Part shown: in pieces, positions 53,001 through 64,000 of the stretch
Layout of the letters: every line of letters begins with the position of its first letter
Position numbering within the stretch: position 1 is the first letter of the stretch
NCBI RefSeq assembly: GCF_009914755.1
Contig: NC_060931.1
Length of the DNA: 64,000 nt
Reading direction: 5' to 3' (one strand)
Source of the DNA: the human T2T-CHM13v2.0 reference genome, Homo sapiens
Notes under the pieces: model-generated
Told to the model about the DNA's origin: nothing
Databases searched by the model: none
Seen by the model: the letters and a program-made list of their open reading frames with translations, nothing else
Translations under genes and position numbers: made by a program

Positions 53001-56000
53001 ACTGGTCTATGAAAAGGAAGGTTCAGCTCTGTGAGTTGAACGCACACATCACAAAAAGTTTCGGAGAATGCTTCCATTTAGTTTTTAAGTGAGGATATTA
53101 CCTTTTCAACCACAGCCTTCAAAACGCTCCAAATGTCCACTTGCAGATTCTACAAGAAGATTGTTTCCAGGCGGCTCTATCAAAAGAAATGTTCAACTAT
53201 GGGAGTAGAATACACACATCACAAAGTCGTTTCTGAGAATGCTTCTGTCTAGATTTTATGTGAAGATATTTCCTTTTCTACCAGAGGCCTGAAAGCGCTC
53301 CAAACATCCAATTGCAGATTCTACAAAAAGAGTGTTTCAAAACTTCTCTATCAAAAGTAAGGGTCTGCTTTGTGAGTTGAATGTACACATCAAAATGAAG
53401 TTTCTGATTATACTTCTGTCTACTTCTTATGGGAAGATATTTCCTTATCCGCAATGGTCCTCAAAGCCCTCGAAATGCCCACTTGAAGATTCTTCGGAAA
53501 GACGGTTTCAAAACTGCTCTATCAAAAGAAAGTTTCAACTTTGTGTGTAGAATGCACACATCACAAAGTCGTTTCTGAGAATGCTTCTGTCTAGTTTTGA
53601 TAGGAAGATATTTCCTTTTCTACCATAAGCCTCAAAGCACTGCACATATGAACTGGCAGATTCTTTAAAAAGAGTGTTTCAAAACTGCTCTATCAAAACT
53701 GTTCTATCAACTCTGTGAGATGAATGGACACATCACAAAGATGTTTCTGAGAATGCTTCTGTCTAGGTTATAGGTGAAGATATTCTCGTTTCCAAAGAAT
53801 GCTTCAAAGAGTACTTAAATATCCGCCTGCAGATTCTACAAAAGGAGTGTTTCAAAACTGCTCTAACAAAAGAAAGGTTCAACCTGGGGGTTGAATGCAC
53901 ACATCACAAAGAAGTTTCTGAGAATGCTTCTGTCTAGTTTTAATGCGAAGATATTCCCTTTTCCATCATAACCTTCAAAGCGCTCCAAATGTCCATTTGC
54001 AGATTTTAGAAACAGAGTGTTTCCAGACTGCTCTATCAAAAGAAATTTTCAACTATGGGAGTAGAATGCACACAACACAAATTCGTTTCTGAGAATGCTT
54101 CTGTCTAGTTTTTATGTGAAGATATTTCCTTTTCTACCACAGGCATAAATGTGCTCCAAATATCCACTTGCAGATTCTAAACAAAGAGTGTTTCAAAACT
54201 GCTGTATCAAAAGGAAGGTTCAATTCTGTGAGTTGAATGCACACATCACAAAGTAGTTTCTGAGAATGCTTCTGCCTAATTTTTAGATTTAAGATTTCCC
54301 ATTTCCAAAGAAGGCTTCAATTTGCTCCAAATATCCACTTGCAGATTGTACAAAAAGAGGGTTTCAAAACTGCTCTATCAAAAGGAAGGTTCAACTCTGT
54401 GAGATGAATGCACACATCACAAAGTGGTTTCAGAGAATGCTTCTTTCTAGTTTTTAGGTGATGATATTCCCGTTTCCAATGTAGCACTCAAAGAGCTCCA
54501 AATATCCTCCTGCAGATTGTGCAAAAAGGGTGTTTCAAAACTGCTCTATCAAAAAGAAGCTTCAACTCTGTGAGTTGAATGCACAAATCACAAAGAAGTT
54601 TCTGGGAATACTTCTGTCTATTTTTATGTGACGATACTCCCGTTTCCAAAGAAGGCTTCAAAGCACTCCAAATATCCACCTGCAGATTATAAAGGAAGAG
54701 TTTTTCAAAACTGCTCAATCCAAAGGAAGGTTCAGCTCCGTGAGTTCAATGCCCACATCACAAAGAAGTTTCTGAGAATGCTTCTGTCTAGTTTCAAGGG
54801 GAAGATATTCCCGTTTCCAACGAAGGCTTCAAAGCGCTCCAAATATCCACTTGCAGAGTCTACAAAAAGACTGTTTCAAAACTGCTCTATAAAAGTAAGG
54901 TTGTACTTTGTTAGTGGAATGCACCCATCAAAATGAAGTTTCTGAGAACACTTCTGTCTACTTTTCATGTGAAGATATTTCCTTATCCACAATAGTCCTG
55001 AAAGCCCTCAAAATGCCCACTTGAAGATCCCTCAAAAGGACTGTTTCAAAACTGCAGTATCAGAAGGAAATTTCAACTATGTGAGTAGAATGCACACATC
55101 ACAAAGTAGTTTCTGAGAATGCTTCTGTCTAGTTTTTATATGAAGATATTTCCTTTTCGACCTTAATCCTCAAAGTGCTGCAATTATGCACTTTCAGATT
55201 CTTCAAAAAGAGGGTTTCAAAACTGCTCTGGCAAAAGGAAGTTTCAACGCTGTGAGTTGAATGCACACATCACAAAGAAGTTTCTGAGAATGCTTCTGTC
55301 TAATTTTTATGTGAAGATAATCCTGTTTCCCAAGAAGGCTTCAAAGCACCCTAATATCCGCCTCCAGATTCTACAGAAAGAGTGTTTCAAAACTGCTCTA
55401 TGGAAAGGAAGGTTCAACTCTGTGAGTTGAATGCAGACATCATAAAGGAGTTTCTGAGAATGCTTCTGTCTTGTTTTAATGTGAAGATATTTCCTTTTCA
55501 ACCGATAGCCTAAAAGAGCTCCAAATGTCCAACTGCAGATTTTTTAAAAAGAATGTTTGAAAACTGCACTATCAAAAGAAAGGTTCAGCTCTGTGAGTTG
55601 AATGCACACATCTCAAAGAAGTTTCTGAGAATGGTTCTGTCTAGTTTTTATGTGAAGGTATTCGCGATTCCAATGAAGTCTTCAAAGCGCTCCAAATATC
55701 TAAATGCGGATTCTACAAAAAGAGTGATTCAAAACTGGTCTATGAAAAGGAAGGTTCAGCTCTGTGAGTTGAACGCACACATCACAAAAAGTTTCGGACA
55801 ATGCTTCCATTTAGTTTTTAGGTGAAGATATTACCTTTTCAACCACAGCCTTCAAAACGCTCCAAATGTCCACTTGCAGATTCTACAAGAAGATTGTTTC
55901 CAGGCGGCTCTATCAAAAGAAATGTTCAACTATGGGAGTAGAATACACACATCACAAAGTCGTTTCTGAGAATGCTTCTGTCTAGTTTTTATGTGAAGAT

Positions 56001-59000
56001 ATTTCCTTTTCTACCAGAGGCCTGAAACCGCTCCAAACATCCAATTGCAGATTCTACAAAAAGAGTGTTTCAAAACTTCTCTATCAAAAGTTAGGGTCTG
56101 CTTTGTGAGTTGAATGTACACATCAAAATGAAGTTTCTGATTATACTTCTGTCTACTTCTTATGGGAAGATATTTCCTTATCCGCAATGGTCCTCAAAGC
56201 CCTCGAAATGCCCACTTGAAGATTCTTCGGAAAGACGGTTTCAAAACTGCTCTATCAAAAGAAAGTTTCAACTTTGTGTGTAGAATGCACACATCACAAA
56301 GTCGTTTCTGAGAATGCTTCTGTCTAGTTTTGATATGAAGATATTTCCTTTTCTACCATAAGCCTCAAAGCACTGCACATATGAACTGGCAGATTCTTTA
56401 AAAAGAGTGTTTCAAAACTGCTCTATCAAAACTGTTCTATCAACTCTGTGAGATGAATGGACACATCACAAAGATGTTTCTGAGAATGCTTCTGTCTAGG
56501 TTATAGGTGAAGATATTCTCGTTTCCAAAGAATGCTTCAAAGAGTACTTAAATATCCGCCTGCAGATTCTACAAAAGGAGTGTTTCAAAACTGCTCTAAC
56601 AAAAGAAAGGTTCAACCTGGGAGTTGAATGCACACATCACAAAGAAGTTTCTGAGAATGCTTCTGTCTAGTTTTAATGCGAAGATATTCCCTTTTCCATC
56701 ATAACCTTCAAAGCGCTCCAAATGTCCATTTGCAGATTTTAGAAACAGAGTGTTTCCAGACTGCTCTATCAACAGAAATTTTCAACTATGGGAGTAGAAT
56801 GCACACAACACAAATTCGTTTCTGAGAATGCTTCTGTCTAGTTTTTATGTGAAGATATTTCCTTTTCTACCACAGGCATAAATGTGCTCCAAATATCCAC
56901 TTGCAGATTCTAAACAAAGAGTGTTTCAAAACTGCTGTATCAAAAGGAAGGTTCAATTCTGTGAGTTGAATGCACACATCACAAAGTAGTTTCTGAGAAT
57001 GCTTCTGCCTAATTTTTAGATTTAAGATTTCCCATTTCCAAAGAAGGCTTCAATTTGCTCCAAATATCCACTTGCAGATTGTACAAAAAGAGGGTTTCAA
57101 AACTGCTCTATCAAAAGGAAGGTTCAACTCTGTGAGATGAATGCACACATCACAAAGTGGTTTCACAGAATGCTTCTTTCTAGTTTTTAGGTGATGATAT
57201 TCCCGTTTCCAATGTAGCACTCAAAGAGCTCCAAATATCCTCCTGCAGATTGTGCAAAAAGGGTGTTTCAAAACTGCTCTATCAAAAAGAAGCTTCAACT
57301 CTGTGAGTTGAATGCACAAATCACAAAGAAGTTTCTGGGAATACTTCTGTCTATTTTTATGTGACGATACTCCCGTTTCCAAAGAAGGCTTCAAAGCACT
57401 CCAAATATCCACCTGCAGATTATAAAGGAAGAGTTTTTCAAAACTGCTCAATCCAAAGGAAGGTTCAGCTCCGTGAGTTCAATGCCCACATCACAAAGAA
57501 GTTTCTGAGAATGCTTCTGTCTAGTTTCAAGGGGAAGATATTCCCGTTTCCAACGAAGGCTTCAAAGCGCTCCAAATATCCACTTGCAGAGTCTACAAAA
57601 AGACTGTTTCAAAACTGCTCTATAAAAGTAAGGTTGTACTTTGTTAGTGGAATGCACCCATCAAAATGAAGTTTCTGAGAACACTTCTGTCTACTTTTCA
57701 TGTGAAGATATTTCCTTATCCACAATAGTCCCCAAAGCCCTCAAAATGCCCACTTGAAGATCCCTCAAAAAGACTGTTTCAAAACTGCAGTATCAGAAGG
57801 AAATTTCAACTATGTGAGTAGAATGCACACATCACAAAGTAGTTTCTGAGAATGCTTCTGTCTAGTTTTTATATGAAGATATTTCCTTTTCGACCTTAAG
57901 CCTCAAAGTGCTGCAATTATGCACTTTCAGATTCTTCAAAAAGAGGGTTTCAAAACTGCTCTGGCAAAAGGAAGTTTCAACGCTGTGAGTTGAATGCACA
58001 CATCACAAAGAAGTTTCTGAGAATGCTTCTGTCTAATTTTTATGTGAAGATAATCCTGTTTCCCAAGAAGGCTTCAAAGCACCCTAATATCCGCCTCCAG
58101 ATTCTACAGAAAGAGTGTTTCAAAACTGCTCTATGGAAAGGAAGGTTCAACTCTGTGAGTTGAATGCAGACATCATAAAGGAGTTTCTGAGAATGCTTCT
58201 GTCTTGTTTTAATGTGAAGATATTTCCTTTTCAACCGATAGCCTAAAAGAGCTCCAAATGTCCAACTGCAGATTTTTTAAAAAGAATGTTTCAAAACTGC
58301 ACTATCAAAAGAAAGGTTCAGTTCTGTGAGTTGAATGCACACATCTCAAAGAAGTTTCTGAGAATGGTTCTGTCTAGTTTTTATGTGAAGGTATTCGCAA
58401 TTCCAATGAAGTCTTCAAAGCGCTCCAAATATCTAAATGCGGATTCTACAAAAAGAGTGATTCAAAACTGGTCTATGAAAAGGAAGGTTCAGCTCTGTGA
58501 GTTGAACGCACACATCACAAAAAGTTTCCGACAATGCTTCCATTTAGTTTTTAGGTGAAGATATTACCTTTTCAACCACAGCCTTCGAAACGCTCCAAAT
58601 GTCCACTTGCAGATTCTACAAGAAGATTGTTTCCAGGCGGCTCTATCAAAAGAAATGTTCAACTATGGGAGTAGAATACACACATCACAAAGTCGTTTCT
58701 GAGAATGCTTCTGTCTAGTTTTTATGTGAAGATATTTCCTTTTCTACCAGAGGCCTGAAAGCGCTCCAAACATCCAATTGCAGATTCTACAAAAAGACTG
58801 TTTCAAAACTTCTCTATCAAAAGTAAGGGTCTGCTTTGTGAGTTGAATGTACACATCAAAATGAAGTTTCTGATTATACTTCTGTCTACTTCTTATGGGA
58901 AGATATTTCCTTATCCGCAATGGTCCTCAAAGCCCTCGAAATGCCCACTTGAAGATTCTTCGGAAAGACGGTTTCAAAACTGCTCTATCAAAAGAAAGTT

Positions 59001-62000
59001 TCAACTTTGTGTGTAGAATGCACACATCACAAAGTCGTTTCTGAGAATGCTTCTGTCTAGTTTTTATAGGAAGATATTTCCTTTTCTACCATAAGCCTCA
59101 AAGCACTGCACATATGAACTGGCAGATTCTTTAAAAAGAGTGTTTCAAAACTGCTCTATCAAAACTATTCTATCAACTCTGTGAGATGAATGGACACATC
59201 ACAAAGATGTTTCTGAGAATGCCTCTGTCTAGGTTTTAGGCGAAGATATTCTAGTTTCCAAAGAATGCTTCAAAGAGTACTTAAATATCCGCCTGCAGAT
59301 TCTACAAAAGGAGTGTTTCAAAACTGCTCTAACAAAAGAAAGTTTCAACCTGGGAGTTGAATGCACACATCACAAAGAAGTTTCTGAGAATGCTTCTGTC
59401 TAGTTTTAATGCGAAGATATTCCCTTTTCCATCATAACCTTCAAAGCGCTCCAAATGTCCATTTGCAGATTTTAGAAACAGAGTGTTTCCAGACTGCTCT
59501 ATCAAAAGAAATTTTCAACTATGGGAGTAGAATGCACACAACACAAAGTCGTTTCTGAGAATGCTTCTGTCTAGTTTTTATGTGAAGATATTTCCTTTTC
59601 TACCACAGGCATAAATGTGCTCCAAATATCCACTTGCAGATTCTAAACAAAGAGTGTTTCAAAACTGCTGTATCAAAAGGAAGGTTCAATTCTGTGAGTT
59701 AAATGCACACATCACAAAGTAGTTTCTGAGAATGCTTCTGCCTAATTTTTAGATTTAAGATATTCCCATTTCCAAAGAAGGCTTCAATTTGCTCCAAATA
59801 TCCACTTGCAGATTGTGCAAAAAGAGGGTTTCAAAACTGCTCTATCAACAGGAAGGTTCAACTCTGTGAGATGAATGCACACATCACAAAGTGGTTTCCG
59901 AGAATGCTTCTTTCTAGTTTTTAGGTGACGATATTCCCGTTTCCAATGTAGCACTCAAAGAGCTCCAAATATCCTCCTGCAGATTGTGCAAAAAGGGTGT
60001 TTCAAAACTGCTCTATCAAAAAGAATCTTCAACTCTGTGAGCTGAATGCACAAATCACAAAGTAGTTTCTGGGAATACTTCTGTCTATTTTTATGTGACG
60101 ATACTCCCGTTTCCAAAGAAGGCTTCTAAGCACTCCAAATATCCACCTGCAGATTATAAAGGAAGAGTTTTTCAAAACTGCTCAATCCAAAGGAAGGTTC
60201 AGCTCCGTGAGTTCAATGCCCACATCACAAAGAAGTTTCTGAGAATGCTTCTGTCTGGTTTCAAGGGGAAGATATTCCCGTTTCCAACGAAGGCTTCAAA
60301 GCGCTCCAAATATCCACTTGCAGAGTCTACAAAAAGACTGTTTCACAACTGCTCTATAAAAGTAAGGTTGTACTTTGTTAGTGGAATGCACCCATCAAAA
60401 TGAAGTTTCTGAGAACACTTCTGTCTACTTTTCATGTGAAGATATTTCCTTATCCACAATAGTCCCCAAAGCCCTCAAAATGCCCACTTGAAGATCCCTC
60501 AAAAAGACTGTTTCAAAACTGCAGTATCAGAAGGAAATTTCAACTATGTGAGTAGAATGCACACATCACAAAGTAGTTTCTGAGAATGCTTCTGTCTAGT
60601 TTTTATATGAAGATATTTCCTTTTCGACCTTAAGCCTCAAAGTGCTGCAATTATGCACTTTCAGATTCTTCAAAAAGAGGGTTTCAAAACTGCTCTGGCA
60701 AAAGGAAGTTTCAACGCTGTGAGTTGAATGCACACATCACAAAGAAGTTTCTGAGAATGCTTCTGTCTAATTTTTATGTGAAGATAATCCTGTTTCCCAA
60801 GAAGGCTTCAAAGCACCCTAATATCCGCCTCCAGATTCTACAGAAAGAGTGTTTCAAAACTGCTCTATGGAAAGGAAGGTTCAACTCTGTGAGTTGAATG
60901 CAGACATCATAAAGGAGTTTCTGAGAATGCTTCTGTCTTCTTTTAATGTGAAGATATTTCCTTTTCAACCGATAGCCTAAAAGAGCTCCAAATGTCCAAC
61001 TGCAGATTTTTTAAAAAGAATGTTTCAAAACTGCACTATCAAAAGAAAGGTTCAGCTCTGTGAGTTGAATGCACACATCTCAAAGAAGTTTCTGAGAATG
61101 GTTCTGTCTAGTTTTTATGTGAAGGTATTCGCGATTCCAATGAAGTCTTCAAAGCGCTCCAAATATCTAAATGCGGATTCTACAAAAAGAGTGATTCAAA
61201 ACTGGTCTATGAAAAGGAAGGTTCAGCTCTGTGAGTTGAACGCACACATCACAAAAAGTTTCGGACAATGCTTCCATTTAGTTTTTAGGTGAAGATATTA
61301 CCTTTTCAACCACAGCCTTCAAAACGCTCCAAATGTCCACTTGCAGATTCTACAAGAAGATTGTTTCCAGGCGGCTCTATCAAAAGAAATGTTCAACTAT
61401 GGGAGTAGAATACACACATCACAAAGTCGTTTCTGAGAATGCTTCTGTCTAGTTTTTATGTGAAGATATTTCCTTTTCTACCAGAGGCCTGAAACCGCTC
61501 CAAACATCCAATTGCAGATTCTACAAAAAGAGTGTTTCAAAACTTCTCTATCAAAAGTTAGGGTCTGCTTTGTGAGTTGAATGTACACATCAAAATGAAG
61601 TTTCTGATTATACTTCTGTCTACTTCTTATGGGAAGATATTTCCTTATCCGCAATGGTCCTCAAAGCCCTCGAAATGCCCACTTGAAGATTCTTTGGAAA
61701 GACGGTTTCAAAACTGCTCTATCAAAAGAAAGTTTCAACTTTGTGTGTAGAATGCACACATCACAATGTCGTTTCTGAGAATGCTTCTGTCTAGTTTTTA
61801 TATGAAGATATTTCCTTTTCTACCATAAGCCTCAAAGCACTGCACATATGAACTGGCAGATCCTTTAAAAAGAGTGTTTCAAAACTGCTCTATCAAAACT
61901 GTTCTATCAACTCTGTGAGATGAATGGACACATCACAAAGATGTTTCTGAGAATGCTTCTGTCTAGGTTTTAGGTGAAGATATTCTCGTTTCCAAAGAAT

Positions 62001-63216
62001 GCTTCAAAGAGTACTTAAATATCCGCCTGCAGATTCTACAAAAGGAGTGTTTCAAAACTGCTCTAACAAAAGAAAGGTTCAACCTGGGAGTTGAATGCAC
62101 ACATCACAAAGAAGTTTCTGAGAATGCTTCTGTCTAGTTTTAATGCGAAGATATTCCCTTTTCCATCATAACCTTCAAAGCGCTCCAAATGTCCATTTGC
62201 AGATTTTAGAAACAGAGTGGTTCCAGACTGCTCTATCAAAAGAAATTTTCAACTATGGGAGTAGAATGCACACAACACAAATTCGTTTCTGAGAATGCTT
62301 CTGTCTAGTTTTTATGTGAAGATATTTCCTTTTCTACCACAGGCATAAATGTGCTCCAAATATCCACTTGCAGATTCTGAAAAAAGAGTGTTTCAAAACT
62401 GCTGTATCAAAAGGAAGGTTCAATTCTGTGAGTTGAATGCACACATCACAAAGTAGTTTCTGAGAATGCTTCTGCCTAATTTTTAGATTTAAGATATTCC
62501 CATTTCCAAAGAAGGCTTCAATTTGCTCCAAATATCCACTTGCAGATTGTACAAAAAGAGGGTTTCAAAACTGCTCTATCAACAGGAAGGTTCAACTCTG
62601 TGAGATGAATGCACACATCACAAAGTGGTTTCAGAGAATGCTTCTTTCTAGGTTTTAGGTGACGATATTCCCGTTTCCAATGTAGCACTCAAAGAGCTCC
62701 AAATATCCTCCTGCAGATTGTGCAAAAAGGGTGTTTCAAAACTGCTCTATCAAAAAGAAGCTTCAACTCTGTGAGTTGAATGCACAAATCACAAAGAAGT
62801 TTCTGGGAATACTTCTGTCTATTTTTATGTGACGATACTCCCGTTTCCAAAGAAGGCTTCAAAGCACTCCAAATATCCACCTGCAGATTATAAAGGAAGA
62901 GTTTTTCAAAACTGCTCAATCCAAAGGAAGGTTCAGCTCCGTGAGTTCAATGCCCACATCACAAAGAAGTTTCTGAGAATGCTTCTGTCTAGTTTCAAGG
63001 GGAAGATATTCCCGTTTCCAACGAAGGCTTCAAAGCGCTCCAAATATCCACTTGCAGAGTCTACAAAAAGACTGTTTCAAAACTGCTCTATAAAAGTAAG
63101 GTTGTACTTTGTTAGTGGAATGCACCCATCAAAATGAAGTTTCTGAGAACACTTCTGTCTACTTTTCATGTGAAGATATTTCCTTATCCACAATAGTCCC
63201 CAAAGCCCTCAAAATG

Positions 63217-64000
63217 CCCACTTGAAGATCCCTCAAAAAGACTGTTTCAAAACTACAGTATCAGAACGAAATTTCAACTATGTGAGTAGAATGCACACAT
63301 CACAAAGTAGTTTCTGAGAATGCTTCTGTCTAGTTTTTATATGAAGATATTTCCTTTTCGACCTTAAGCCTCAAAGTGCTGCAATTATGCACTTTCAGAT
63401 TCTTCAAAAAGAGGGTTTCAAAACTGCTCTGGCAAAAGGAAGTTTCAACGCTGTGAGTTGAATGCACACATCACAAAGAAGTTTCTGAGAATGCTTCTGT
63501 CTAATTTTTATGTGAAGATAATCCTGTTTCCCAAGAAGGCTTCAAAGCACCCTAATATCCGCCTCCAGATTCTACAGAAAGAGTGTTTCAAAACTGCTCT
63601 ATCAAAAGGAAGGTTCAACTCTGTGAGTTGAATGCAGACATCATAAAGGAGTTTCTGAGAATGCTTCTGTCTTGTTTTAATGTGAAGATATTTCCTTTCC
63701 AACCGATAGCCTAAAAGAGCTCCAAATGTCCAACTGCAGATTTTTTAAAAAGAATGTTTCAAAACTGCACTATCAAAAGAAAGGTTCAGCTCTGTGAGTT
63801 GAATGCACACATCTCAAAGAAGTTTCTGAGAATGGTTCTGTCTAGTTTTTATGTGAAGGTATTCGCGATTCCAATGAAGTCTTCAAAGCGCTCCAAATAT
63901 CTAAATGCGGATTCTACAAAAAGAGTGATTCAAAAATGGTCTATGAAAAGGAAGGTTCAGCTCTGTGAGTTGAACGCACACATCACAAAAAGTTTCGGAC
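63217..64000 (-). repeat. Partial HOR copy 24, truncated by the window edge
   Basis: Same sequence as positions 1-784 apart from point variants. Confidence 0.95.

Larger units (their letters stand above)
1..64000 (-). repeat. Centromeric alpha satellite array, 16-mer HOR (2733-2734 bp), probably human chr7 D7Z2 (SF5)
   Basis: Alphoid motifs (gtttcaaaactgctctatcaaaag, tgagttgaatgcacacatcacaaagaagtttctgagaatgcttctgtctag) recur every ~171 bp. HOR starts, phased on cccacttgaagatccctc: 1, 2735, 5469, 8202, 10936, 13670, 16404, 19137, 21871, 24604, 27338, 30072, 32806, 35540, 38273, 41007, 44082, 46816, 49550, 52283, 55016, 57749, 60483, 63217. Strand is given by CENP-B box orientation. The D7Z2 assignment is recalled from unit length, HindIII periodicity and low CENP-B box content (~0.8 confidence); the alpha satellite call itself is near-certain. 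Confidence 0.98.

Noticed and set aside
292-63702. All short ORFs in the six-frame track (60-118 aa, e.g. MFQNCTIKRKVQLCELNAH...)
   Set aside because: They are translations of alpha satellite monomers that recur with the HOR period on both strands, are freely broken by stops and frameshifts, and show no recognisable domains.
1-64000. CRISPR-like repeat-spacer appearance (conserved ~35-bp motifs separated by variable sequence)
   Set aside because: The intervening sequence is homologous monomer sequence rather than unique spacers, the period is 171 bp, and there are no cas genes.
1-64000. Assignment to D17Z1 (also a ~2.7-kb 16-mer)
   Set aside because: D17Z1 is an SF3 pentamer-based, EcoRI-defined array rich in CENP-B boxes. 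This array has one box per HOR, HindIII periodicity and an irregular A/B order.
1-64000. Transposon (L1/Alu) insertion, inversion or non-satellite island
   Set aside because: HOR spacings account for every base (2733, 2734 or 3075), all CENP-B boxes are on the same strand, and no poly-A tails or foreign sequence were seen.

Overview
The whole 64 kb window is uninterrupted primate centromeric alpha satellite (~171-bp monomers). It is organised as a head-to-tail 16-monomer higher-order repeat (HOR) of 2733-2734 bp: 23 complete copies plus a partial 24th, all in one orientation. Each HOR has one intact CENP-B box (minus strand), usually one HindIII site, and an irregular A/B monomer order (ABABAAAABAABBBBA). 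From recall, these features fit the human chromosome 7 D7Z2 array (SF5, 16-mer, ~2.7-kb HindIII unit); this was not checked by a database search. I see no genes, RNA genes, transposons or CRISPR arrays, and every ORF in the track is a satellite artefact recurring with the HOR period. The notable signals are structural. One HOR copy is an 18-mer with a 342-bp dimer duplication whose breakpoint can be localised. There are also recent single-HOR and two-HOR duplications, mosaic sharing of variants between copies, an older duplication inside the HOR, and more diverged copies at the left end. I found no evidence for a novel gene system. All variant comparisons were made by eye.
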